Shown: piece by piece, positions 39,265 through 51,330 of the stretch
How the letters are laid out: each line of letters starts with the position of its first letter
Numbering within the stretch: the stretch's first letter is position 1
Source: Octopus bimaculoides
Lineage: Eukaryota
Assembly (NCBI RefSeq): GCF_001194135.2
Contig: NC_068995.1
Location: 57,111,482-57,175,481, forward strand
Length of the DNA stretch: 64,000 bases
Direction: 5' to 3'
Made by a program: the position numbers and the translations under genes
Notes under the pieces: generated by a model
Databases searched by the model: none
Seen by the model: only the letters and a program-made list of their open reading frames with translations
Told to the model about the DNA's origin: nothing

Positions 39265-40528
39265 TACACACACACACACAGTGTGTGTATTCAAATAATT
39301 TGAAAAAAGACTCATACATATAAACAGCCATCCTTAGGCATCAGAAAGATGAGAAAGGCAACAAAAATGTTAAATATCTTATTCAAATGAAAGAGGAGCA
39401 TGGAAAAATAGCATACGATATAAGATTAATGAAATTCAACTAAATCTAAAAACTCGACATAAAATATTCTCTTCACGAGCAGCTGGAGTGGTTTTCTTCC
39501 TGATATATTTTATGCATCACAAAGTTTAAAGAGGAGAAATTAAAAGTAGTCTTTACACATTTTGTTTCAATTGAGATATTTTTTTTTTGAAACTTGAAGA
39601 TTATCAAATTAGTTATTATTGTGGGCAAAAACTGATGTAGAATCCAATAGAGAAAAGAATATAAATGGTTAAACTCCAAAAATAATCCAGATATTTCATT
39701 AGCTACCCTAATTACAATTGGGTCAAAGCTGAGAAAAAATTTCTTAAGAAAAATTGTCCCAGTCACCAATGTTTCAAACTTTCTCAACTTCAGCAACAAC
39801 TACATAAATTCTACAGACCAATTTTTACACCCAAAGAAGATGGAATGGTACAAAATAGGAATATAACACTTGCAAATTTTTTTTATTTTGGAACAGGATT
39901 CATAAAATAAGACCAGCTTTCAATGCCTCGATTAGGAATGTGTGTGCCTTTGACTGTAAGGGGTCAAGCTGAGGTTTATGGCTCAGTCATGCGTTGAAAG
40001 AAGGAATCTGACAATAACGTCTTTCTTGTTTCTCTCTTTATAATCAAACACTCACTCATACATCATACCTACATTTTCAAGAGGGTTCTGTTGTTTCCTT
40101 TGGGACTGGGTAGTAAACAGCTTTTTAATTGAATTAACTGGTGTCTCTAAGGTGGCAAAATCTATGCTTATTTCTCATAAAAGAGAATCCGTTACAATTT
40201 TAAAGAAGTCAAGATACCTTTATATATTGAAAGAGAGCTACTTCATGTCTGATTGTTGGGTGGTGGGGTGTTCCCTGTATTGAGTGCTACATACCCTTCG
40301 TAGTAGGGGTCCCCTCCCCAATATCTAGCGGGACCCGGGGCAATTGTCCGCATCACCACCATGTAAATCCGGCCCTGCTCACACACACATGTACATATAT
40401 ATTAGAGAAAGAGAGAGAGAGAGAGAAATATAAACATCGAACTTCAAAAAGCTACATTCCATAATTGGAAATTACTACATATGCCGTAATTAGCAAAACA
40501 GTGTACCCTAATTATAAAACGATAAAAA

Positions 40529-40683
40529 TTCGGTAAATTTTTAGATTAACACCCGCACGATTTTCACTAGGGGGTTAGGGTTTTAGGGTCAGAGTTAGGG
40601 TTACGGTTAGGGTTAGGGTTTAGAGTTAGAGTTACGGACGAAATTCCCTAACCCCGTAACCCTAAAACCCTAACCCTAAATTC
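40529..40683. mobile_element. Truncated second copy of the telomeric-repeat TIR element (left TIR plus one TTAGGG-to-CCCTAA switch)
   Basis: 40529-40572 matches the reverse complement of 41420-41463 at 42/44. It is followed by TTAGGG-like units, GACGAAATTCC, then CCCTAA-like units. No right TIR adjacent. Confidence 0.75.
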
Positions 40684-40718
40684 CTCATTATAATCCAATA
40701 ACAAATTTAGTTTCTTAC

Positions 40719-40990
40719 ATAATTTTCTTCTTCGTGGAAATATAAAAGAGAAAATAAACAAAGAAATTCTAGAAGAGAACAGTCATGATAATGTGGACTA
40801 AAACTATTTTTTGTAAAACTTGGTCGCTTTGTGGCAAACGGGGTTCATAAACATGAAAACATAATACGCGTGCTGCGAGGGTAATGTTTTGATACTATAA
40901 ACACAGGCAAGGAGCGAGTAGATACACGTGGTATGTTGTGAAGCCAAAATCTTTAAAGAGTAAACGAAAAGAAAACAAATATGTACACAC
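40719..40990 (-). other. Candidate 5' exon between the two telomeric-repeat element copies
   Basis: Acceptor TTTGGTTTTACAG|G, donor TAT|GTAAGA; one frame open for 61 codons (ORF 40804..41040). Confidence 0.33.
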
Positions 40991-41125
40991 CTGTAAAACC
41001 AAATATAACAGCGAAACCAAAGCGTAATAAAGTAATTCAATAAATTTTGAAATTACGTTGAGAGTTTTGAGTACAGTAAAATTAAAAATTCCAACGTTAA
41101 CAGTTCATAGAAGGGTAGAAAAAAT

Positions 41126-41463
41126 GGTAAATTTTCAGATTAACACCCGCACGATTTTCTCTAGGGGGTTAGGGTTAGTTTTAGGGTTTAGGGTTTAGGG
41201 TTACGGTTAGGGACGGAATTCCTTAACCCTAGGGTTAGTTTTAGAGTTAGGGACGGAATTCCCTAACCGTAACCCTAATGTTAGTTTTAGGGTTAGGGAC
41301 GGAATTCCCTAACCCTAAAACCCTAACCGTAACCCTAAAACCCTACCGTAACCCTAATGTTAGTTTTAGGGTTAGGGATGGAATTCCCTAACCCTGACCC
41401 TAAAACCCTAACCGTAACACCCTAGTGAAAATTGTGCGGGTGTTAATCTGAAAATTTACCGAA
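41126..41463. mobile_element. Non-autonomous TIR element (MITE-like) with internal degenerate telomeric TTAGGG/CCCTAA repeats
   Basis: Left TIR GGTAAATTTTCAGATTAACACCCGCACGATTTTCTCTAGGG (41126-41166) matches the reverse complement of 41420-41460 at 39/41. Interior is GTTAGG/GTTACG/CTAACC/GTAACC units with GAATTC cores at 41216, 41256, 41302 and 41381. No target-site duplication seen. Confidence 0.8.
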
Positions 41464-41539
41464 CAAATAATAATAAAGATAATACAAGTATCTAGGGGTG
41501 TCCTTAAAGTATTTTCCCGGTGATGATAATCTTTATTGA

Positions 41540-41900
41540 TTTATCGCTCACAAGCCGGGGATCGATATTAGCCAATAGACGTAGGGAGATGTGAAACTAA
41601 ACAAGACATGTGCATTTACCGAAAGAACATCACAATAAGCACGTGGTCTACGCTGTAAGCGTGTACTAAACACAACTTCTCCAATAACAGACATGGAATA
41701 TCATACTTAAAAATTCAAAACGGAAATTGAAATACAAATAAATAAATGTTGTAGTAATTACCGAATATCAAACAGCTTAATTTGTTTTCCGCTTAGAAAA
41801 GCAATTGAGTTTTCACATGTCTTGACGGAGGCCATGTTTTCGGTTTGTGGGGTCACAGGGGTTGTGGGGCCGCTTAAACAATGATAAACAGTCGCTTAAC
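41540..41900. promoter_or_regulatory. CpG-retaining promoter-like region next to the CpG-depleted domain
   Basis: CCAAT 41572, CACGTG 41640, YY1/Kozak-like AAACATGGC on minus strand (ATG 41835-41833). Confidence 0.4.
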
Positions 41901-42844
41901 AAATGATTAATTGTTCTTGTTGTATGATTATTTTGGCATTACCTTACTGAAAAATAAATGGTGATATAGCAATTACTTGTTATTAAAAAATTCAACTAAA
42001 ATAAAAAATATATAATTAAAATTACAACCGTATTTATTTTTATTTTTCCGTAAAGCTGTACCCTCCCACATTAGGAACTCGGCCGCTTACTGTTCGAACA
42101 ATAACAATACTTTCTCACGTGTGAGTTGTGAAGAGATTCTGTCATCCGCAACACTGCAGCGGAGTTGGAAGATTGATGTCATTGACGAGTAATAAATACT
42201 ACTAAGAATAAAATGAATGTAGTAAAAATGATTTCTTTTAAGAGAGAGAAAGAATAAATAAACCATCGTAGGATGACTAAACTAAATGCCATTCATTGAT
42301 AACATTGATATTAAAAGTAACAACGATGTTTCAAATGATTCTAATAAAGGAAAAGGAGACATGATCGAACAAACACTGCAAATATCAGTTTAATTAAAAA
42401 ATACAAATAGATTTTCATGCTGACATTTTATTACACAAGTGCGCTTTATATAATAACGATGCATGCATACACATATTTGTAAGAAAGAGAAATGAAAACT
42501 TATAGTAAGGCATACTTATAGAAATTGCATGTTTTCATTTGAAAACTGTCCTTGTTTACAAATGCGTTACAGTCTATAAAGATGTGAATGTTTACATACA
42601 CACGTTGTCTATTGCATATTTGTACCCACCCACACACCAATAAATGTAGTCATATACCATCATTCATTCATGTTACCTGTATGTTAACATACATATTCAT
42701 ATGTATACATTCATGTAGAATGCATGCAAAAATTACCTGTGCATTTATGGGTGTGCGCATGTATGAATACAATGCATGCATGTACGTAATTATATATATT
42801 AAAGTAATAAAGTTAATGTCTGGTCATATAATACAAATACACAC

Positions 42845-42934
<90 letters not shown>

Positions 42935-43289
42935 GATTATATATTAGGTATACGTTGATATATGTGCGTATATATGTATGAATGTATGTACGCATATATA
43001 TACTTTTCCACACACACCCTTCTCAATCCACACGCATGCACACGTACAAAGAAACATATCAATTATTTAAAAAAATCTTTCACTCTTTCTAAGCGCAAAA
43101 GTTAATTTTGTAAATATTTTTATGCCATTTTATTTTCTCTCTTATTTCTTGTTTTCTATTTTTTCTTCTTTCACTTGTTTCTCTCAAAGAATATATATAT
43201 ATTGTTTTGTTTTGTATTTTTTGTTGCCTCTGATTTTTACCCTCCTTTTTTCGCGTAAGTTTCTTGGCGAAGGCTGCGAAATAAGAAAA

Positions 43290-43475
43290 GATAATTGGCG
43301 TTTTTCTCAATCGCGTCGTGTTAGTTATAGCCAATGGGGCGGAAGCAATGTTTATCATATGGTCATACATAATAAATAGGTACTTTAGCATGGGTTGATA
43401 CCAAAACATGGAGCGCTTCCACCGTGCAGGCCGGAACGAAGCAACTTGCAACAGCTGGGCGAATTTATTGGCAGC
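43290..43475. promoter_or_regulatory. CpG-rich promoter-like patch with CCAAT boxes and GC box
   Basis: ATTGG 43294, CCAAT 43331 directly followed by GGGGCGGA 43336, ATTGG 43467; locally dense CpG. Confidence 0.5.
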
Positions 43476-43539
43476 AGAAGACAAAATGGAAATGTTTTAC
43501 ATGGCACGAGAGGCAGTAGTGAAATATATGGGTTTGTGA
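43408..43539 (+). CDS. Candidate 43-aa ORF or first coding exon ([43 protein letters not shown])
   Basis: AAAACATGG start context about 75 bp after CCAAT/GC box; possible donor G|GTTTGT at 43532. No recognised homology. Confidence 0.25.
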   Translation: MERFHRAGRNEATCNSWANLLAAEDKMEMFYMAREAVVKYMGL

Positions 43540-43580
43540 TTTGCATTTTTGTATATTTCATGCCTGTTCGTATATACGCA

Positions 43581-43656
<76 letters not shown>

Positions 43657-45029
43657 TTATATATATGTGTATGTATGTGTATATATATATATGTATATAC
43701 ATATACATGCATATATATGTATATATATATGCATAAACATATATATATATATACATACACTCATACATATACATAAATGTATCTCTACATCCACACACAG
43801 ACACATATATATATATATGTATGAATATATGCATATAAGTGTGTGTGTATATAATGTATATAATATATATATGTGTACGAGTATAAATGTACATATGTGT
43901 GTGGGTGTGTATGTATGTGTTTATATGCATATGTAAATATATATATATACAGGTATGTGTCTATATATATAGTTATTTGTCTGTATGTATAGGAACGCAT
44001 TTATACGTGCATATACATTTCTATATATGTATGTACATATATATGTTTATGTTTGTATATGCATTTATATATGTATACACACATACATATACGAATATAT
44101 ATACATGCATACGTCAGTTAATCTGCCCAGTAAAAAACTTATTAAAACTTATTTCACTTTGTCCTATTCTTAATATGATTTAATAACATTGTTCTCTTTT
44201 TGTTTGTTTTATTTTCGTTATCTTTATTCTACTTGCCAGTAATTCTGTTATTTTGACAAGGCACAATACATCGTATTCATAATTATGTTATGGGGTGTTT
44301 TGACAATCATGCCTAACCTTCGCAAAGGAATGAAAGTGCCGCAAACAAATAGTAAATAAACTGCATTCAATTCGATTTCAGTCGACCCAAGTTTGCCTGT
44401 CAAATTTCTAGGAATCGTAAGAAGTGCTGGACTGTCTCTGTAACGTAAACTGCATTTAGTTTTATCCCTCAACATTCTGAGTTCGAATCCAGCCTAAACC
44501 AATTTTGCCTATCAAATTTCTAGGGTCGGTAGTAAATATAGTACCAGTCAAGTACTGAAATTAAGGATCGATTATTTTGACTAGGTCTTTATTTTATCGA
44601 TGCCATCAATAACCATTATTCATCATCATTTTTTCTTCTTATCATTATTATTATTAGTAGTAGTAGTATTATTTCCGGTGTCCTTTGGAAAAGCATGAAC
44701 GTCAAAACTTCTACTCTATTCCCATTTCCTAAAAAATAAATGAAACATTTTTATTTGTGACGAGTGAATTCAAAACATTGTCATCTATGCAAATTTATAC
44801 TGAATGCCGGTAAAAGTGGGTCGCTCTGGCACTGGGTTCAAATTTTCTTTGTGTATAAAATAAATTCTGGGGGTTCTCAAAAACCTCAATGTATTACTGG
44901 TAATTATTTATTTTTTGTTTTTGCATAAAAAATAAATATCTAATGAGTGGTATTGTGTTTCGTCTTATGAAAACTGGTGAGCGCTGTTTGTGTATGTATT
45001 TATTTATCATAAGTCAATTAGCATGCTTG

Positions 45030-45235
45030 ACGAGTGCGTAGTCGCTCGAGATGCTAGAAATAGCAGCTAAATTACTCTCAACTAACACCTTATCAAAAGG
45101 AAGGGCACTTTGGAAAATTTTGTCCTGGAATCATTGTCTTCAAATTAAAGGGAATGAGTTGTTTATACATCGCTGGAATGCTTTCATCGTGGATATGTCT
45201 TCATCAGAACAGACCTGGGGTTAAACAACTATTAC
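45030..45235 (+). mobile_element. Fourth SINE family (GCTAGAAATAGCAGC...GACCTGGGG(C/T)TAAAC(AAC)n type)
   Basis: Homologous to 255-450 (+), 37580-37690 (+) and 45755-45960 (-). Confidence 0.68.
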
Positions 45236-45537
45236 CACCACCACAACAACAACAATAATAATAACAATAACCAGCGAACCGGTTTCGATTCACTTTCGGA
45301 AACACTTCATAACTACGTCGTTATAAATGCCCTTGGGATAGGTATGAATACAACTGCATAGCATTTTTCACCTTCCCCAACACATACACACACTACCGAA
45401 CAAACAGTCACGCACACGCAAGCACACTACTACAGAGACACACATACACACGCTAAATATCTGAATCGTTATAATTTGGCAAAGAGAGAGAAAAAAAAGC
45501 CAAGAAAGAAGAGGAAGAGGACTAAGACATTACTTAC

Positions 45538-45682
45538 CGGCGAACCGATCTATCACGACACGGTATCGATTCTCGATCGAAACTATTTCCCTTCATACAT
45601 ATCGTTAACGTCGTCTGTATGAAAAGGCACGTGCATCACAAAGTCCCCGGTTCCCTTTAAGAATCGCAGTTTCCATTTCAGG
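45538..45682 (-). other. Candidate non-coding exon
   Basis: Acceptor TTTGTTTACATCAG, donor CCG|GTAAGT, CpG-rich unique sequence, stops in all frames. Confidence 0.3.
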
Positions 45683-45754
45683 CTGATGTAAACAAACAAA
45701 CAAATTCTATTTATTTAATGAATTCCCTATCAACGAATCCACACGTCATGTTGA

Positions 45755-45960
45755 TGTTATTTAACCCCAGGTCAGCACTGGACCAACAAGACTATCATCA
45801 TTGACATTCCCGTCAAGACCATCCATTCGATTTTTCCTCAGACATTCTGAATCTAAGCGCGAATTATATCTAATGTGCCCTTCCTTCTCTAAGAAAGTAT
45901 GGTGTGATATGGAGGAAATATTGCTGTTATTTTTAGCAAACCTTGTTACAACATACAGGC
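45755..45960 (-). mobile_element. Fourth SINE family, reversed copy
   Basis: TTTAACCCCAGGTCAG is the reversed tail; GTTATTTTTAGCAAACC is the reversed body. Confidence 0.65.
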
Positions 45961-48159
45961 TTCCTAGTTGTTTCGTCTGCTAGCTAAGGTTTCGATTCTC
46001 GATGCTACTTTTACCTCACTTCACTTGCTACCAACGAAAGCCGTTGAGAAAAAAACGTAAATATTACACCTTGTTCTTTGCGTAATTACAAACAACGTCA
46101 AACTTCACTTCAATTCTTTGGACGAAATATTAATTATGACAATTATTCCATCAGGGATTAACCTCGCCTTATATTCTACCCAGGGACGGTAAAATAACAT
46201 TATGAAACCTGTTCAATTGAGGATACACACTGCTCTGAACGAACTTGGACTTTTGCTACTAAGAAAGAATTCGTTGTTATTAAAGAATTTTGGTTGGATT
46301 TCGAAATATTATAATTGTTCACCTTCGCACTCGCGTCTCTCTTTTTCCTTTCTTTTGTTTTTTCAGCTTCATTTTTCACATTTTTTTTTCTCTCATTCAT
46401 TCATTTTCCTATCCACTTCTGTCTCTCGGCCAAGGTTTCCCCAATCCCACAATTTATGTTTCGTAAATGACTAGCTTGTTAATTAATATAGACTATCTAA
46501 TCATTAAAAGTATCTGCTGTACTTCAGTAAAAGTTTTTTTTCTAATCCCTCCACACACACACACACACATGGGCACGCACACATATCTGTTTATTGTCAA
46601 CATTGTTTCTGGAGACACCTAACTTTCTCGTCAGCCGGTATACGAATATAAATGATATAAAACGCATACACGTACGCATATATGTGACTTTAATATATAT
46701 GGGAAAATGTCATTTGGGCATCTACAAAGCATAAAGATCTGTCTATCTATCTGTGTGTATGAATATCTTTATGTACGAATCCACCTGAATATGATGTTTT
46801 TCCAAAAGATCCGAAAGTTGAGAAACTTTACACTTTAACCAATATATTGCATATAGTCGTGTGTCTCGGGGTGTATATTGGTATCTACCTACATTCATAC
46901 ATATGCACACATATACATACATAAATACATACATATATACATGTTTATATGTGTGTATTTATATATATATATATATACATATAAACATACATACATTCGT
47001 ACATACACACACATATATATATATACAAACATGCATTCGTATATAGATATATATATTACATATTGGTATATATGTCTGTCTGTCTGTATGTATGTATGTA
47101 TGTATGTATGTATACATGTGTTAGTGTAATGTAGCGATGAGTAACCGTTTCTCTACATGTGTGAATAATGCATATTGCTTTCAATAACCATTTGCATGAG
47201 TTATTTCACACGGGCGAACGCACATAGATACATATATACACGTACACACATATACACTTATAAATATATATGCTACATTTGTATATATGCGTACGTTATA
47301 TGCATGCATGTCTTTGACATATTTTTGCGTTATTATATCGATTGGGACATATTTAGTTTTCATATATGTTTGCATCTTAACTCTGTGTGTGTGTGTGTGT
47401 ATGTGTGAGAGAGAGAGAGGGAGAGAGTGCACGTGCGTGTTTGCCTGAGAGTGTACGCGCGCGAGAGCATGGGTAAGCGTAAATGAGTGAAAATTTACAG
47501 TAATAGATAAATCCTACACTATACATATTCACATACGTACCTACCTACATGCATATATAAATGCATATGTACATGTGTAGATAGATAGATAGAGAGAGAG
47601 ATAGATAGATAGACATATGTATATATACATCCACTCGTAGAAAGATGCATGTGTAAGTGTATGCACAGAACTACGAGAGCCTAGTGCTTCTTGACATGTA
47701 TTTGACAAGAAACGTATGCATGGTACTCCACAACATTATATACGCCTGAGCGTATATATATATATACATACATGTATAGGTGATTGTGTTGGTACATGTT
47801 CAAGTATGTGTTTGTATATTTATGCGAAGAAAATTACAAAAATGGAATAATTCTTCGTAGTTTTTTTTTGTTTTTTTCTTTGGACGTTTTCTTTTGTTCC
47901 GCTTACTCGATTCTATAGAAGCATGCACCCTCAAACGTAATCCCCGACATCATCGGCAGGGCACTATACGTGTGACGAGGGTGGGCATTGAAATTATAGG
48001 CAGGGTCCATAAGACGGGTTTTCCACTCGATTGCCTGCAACACGACAGCTTCGGCCGACTCCAGGCAGTTTATAAAAGGGGCCTGCCCGAACCCCGAAGA
48101 AAAACTTTCTCAGTCCGGCATGCCTTTGTGCATGCTTCTCCTAGTGTTTGGCTGTCAAT

Positions 48160-48526
48160 CTATATATGTGTATGTGTTTTTCTTTGTGTGTGTGTGTACG
48201 CACACATACGTATATACATAAGCATATGTATGCATGAATGATTGTGAAGGTCGTGCCATATACGTAAAACACATTTTGGTATTTTAATACTCAACCCATG
48301 AAATTCAAGTAGGGGACATATTTACTAGGTACCCCTTCACAGAGATTTTCATATATCTGGTTTTCATATAAATGAACGATTTCGATAAGAAATTGACTTT
48401 TCTGTTTTCTTTTTTTTTTTTTTTTTNNNNNNNNNNNNNNNNNNNNNNNNNNNNNNNNNNNNNNNNNNNNNNNNNNNNNNNNNNNNNNNNNNNNNNNNNN
48501 NNNNNNNNNNNNNNNNNNNNNNNNNN

Positions 48527-48564
<38 letters not shown>

Positions 48565-48754
48565 ATGTATACATGTAAATAAACATATAATCATATATAT
48601 TGATAGACAGGTAGCTTCATACATATAGATATATATATATACATACATATATATATATATATATATACATACATATATATATATATATATATACATACAT
48701 ATAGATATATATATATACATACATATATATATATATATACACATGCATACATAT

Positions 48755-48794
<40 letters not shown>

Positions 48795-48795
48795 G

Positions 48796-48829
<34 letters not shown>

Positions 48830-49184
48830 CATGTGTGGTTGTCTACATTTGAGAGTTTATGCACGTAAAGATGGACAATATGACAAACATTTCTTATGAA
48901 TGCATAGGAACAAACCACAAGAGCCTGGCATGGTTCAAATGACCAAAGAAAAGGAGGATGGCTAATTCTGGTTGAAACTCATCGAACTGTCCGAAGGTTT
49001 ATATATCTATACACACACATACTTGCACAAATGGTAACTTATCTCTGTATGCTTATAAACATGCATACATATACATATAGATACACATATATACGTATGT
49101 ATATGTATATATATAATGTATAACATTTTATGTATATATAACTGAAGTCAAGCATTATCATAGTAACCATATGCATATATGAAT

Positions 49185-49238
<54 letters not shown>

Positions 49239-49352
49239 CATTTATGTGTATGTGTTTATATATATACATATATATATATATACATATATATGTACATATA
49301 TATATACACAAATAGATACGCATATATATGCATATATACATATATATATATT

Positions 49353-49386
<34 letters not shown>

Positions 49387-49395
49387 ATATGTGTA

Positions 49396-49443
<48 letters not shown>

Positions 49444-49584
49444 GATGTATGTTTGTATATACATGCAGAGTAAGAGGGAGAAGCATATATGCATCAACAT
49501 TATCATCATTTAACATCTATTTTCCATGGTGGCATTGGTTAGAAAATACACATACAAACATACATGCATACAAATATATATATA

Positions 49585-49672
<88 letters not shown>

Positions 49673-50011
49673 TGTATGTATCTAAACATGTATGTATGTA
49701 TACATGTATGTATGCCTGATGTAAGAACATAAATAAGTCAGTTGTGTGTATGAACCCACATTAAAATGTTTTGGCATTTACAAAATCAAAACCTCATTTC
49801 CCTCTTCTGTTTCAAATTCCCAAAAGAAGTTTATTGGTCTTGGAGGTGAACAATTAATTCCCAAAAACATCTAAGTATGGAAGTATGTTTAGATGTACAG
49901 AGGGCACTAAATATATATGGAATTATCAGTATTAGGGTATCATGAACATATATACATGTATAGACATGTACATGTGTATAAGTTTATATATATATATATA
50001 TGATGATATAA

Positions 50012-50056
<45 letters not shown>

Positions 50057-50640
50057 NNNNNNNNNNNNNNNNNNNNNNNNNNNNNNNNNNNNNNNNNNNN
50101 NNNNNNNNNNNNNNNNNNNNNNNNNNNNNNNNNNNNNNNNNNNNNNNNNNNNNNNNNNNNNNNNNNNNNNNNNNNNNNNNNNNNNNNNNNNNNNNNNNNN
50201 NNNNNNNNNNNNNNNNNNNNNNNNNNNNNNNNNNNNNNNNNNNNNNNNNNNNNNNNNNNNNNNNNNNNNNNNNNNNNNNNNNNNNNNNNNNNNNNNNNNN
50301 NNNNNNNNNNNNNNNNNNNNNNNNNNNNNNNNNNNNNNNNNNNNNNNNNNNNNNNNNNNNNNNNNNNNNNNNNNNNNNNNNNNNNNNNNNNNNNNNNNNN
50401 NNNNNNNNNNNNNNNNNNNNNNNNNNNNNNNNNNNNNNNNNNNNNNNNNNNNNNNNNNNNNNNNNNNNNNNNNNNNNNNNNNNNNNNNNNNNNNNNNNNN
50501 NNNNNNNNNNNNNNNNNNNNNNNNNNNNNNNNNNNNNNNNNNNNNNNNNNNNNNNNNNNNNNNNNNNNNNNNNNNNNNNNNNNNNNNNNNNNNNNNNNNN
50601 NNNNNNNNNNNNNNNNNNNNNNNNNNNNNNNNNNNNNNNN

Positions 50641-50685
<45 letters not shown>

Positions 50686-50774
50686 GCATTTAAATATATA
50701 CCTGTATGTAAATATAAATGTAGATACATATGAAATACATGTCCTTTAAACACATACATACATGTATTATATAT

Positions 50775-50823
<49 letters not shown>

Positions 50824-51043
50824 CACCAATGTATATAACAATGTCTGTATAAATGCATTTATATGTATATAAACAGACAGATATATAAGCTGTAAACCTG
50901 TAAGCTTGTCTACACATATGTGTTTGTAGGTGTATGTGTATGCATGTATATGTATATATGAGTTGTGTATTGATTCTTATCAATGCAAATAATAAAATAC
51001 ATACATATATATATATGTATATATGTGCATCACTATGTATATG

Positions 51044-51083
<40 letters not shown>

Positions 51084-51260
51084 CACACACACACATATAT
51101 ATATAAAGGTATATATATACATTTATTGCTATCACTCATCCTAACTCTCTCTCTATATATATAACAATACATGTGTTTAGTGTTAATATGCAACATGTTT
51201 CTGCATGTTTACTTATCATCATTAAAATATATGCATTTGTATATATATATATATTTGTAA

Positions 51261-51330
<70 letters not shown>

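Noticed and set aside
39473-39799. 108-aa minus-strand ORF
   Set aside because: AT-rich, no recognisable domain or splice context; likely chance or decayed transposon.
40290-40378. TAAATCCGGCCCTG resembling one end of a CAGGGCCGG-type MITE
   Set aside because: Matching opposite terminus not found, so not listed as a feature.
40561-41420. True telomere, telomere fusion site or CRISPR-like array
   Set aside because: Repeats are short, degenerate and bounded by TIRs; there are no unique spacers of regular length and no cas genes.
43089-43484. 131-aa minus-strand ORF across the promoter-like patch
   Set aside because: Second half is low-complexity K/R/N from T-runs; no homology recognised.
45592-45623. 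Small hairpin TTCATACA...TGTATGAA as pre-miRNA or snoRNA
   Set aside because: Only 8 contiguous bp; too short, and no known miRNA recognised.
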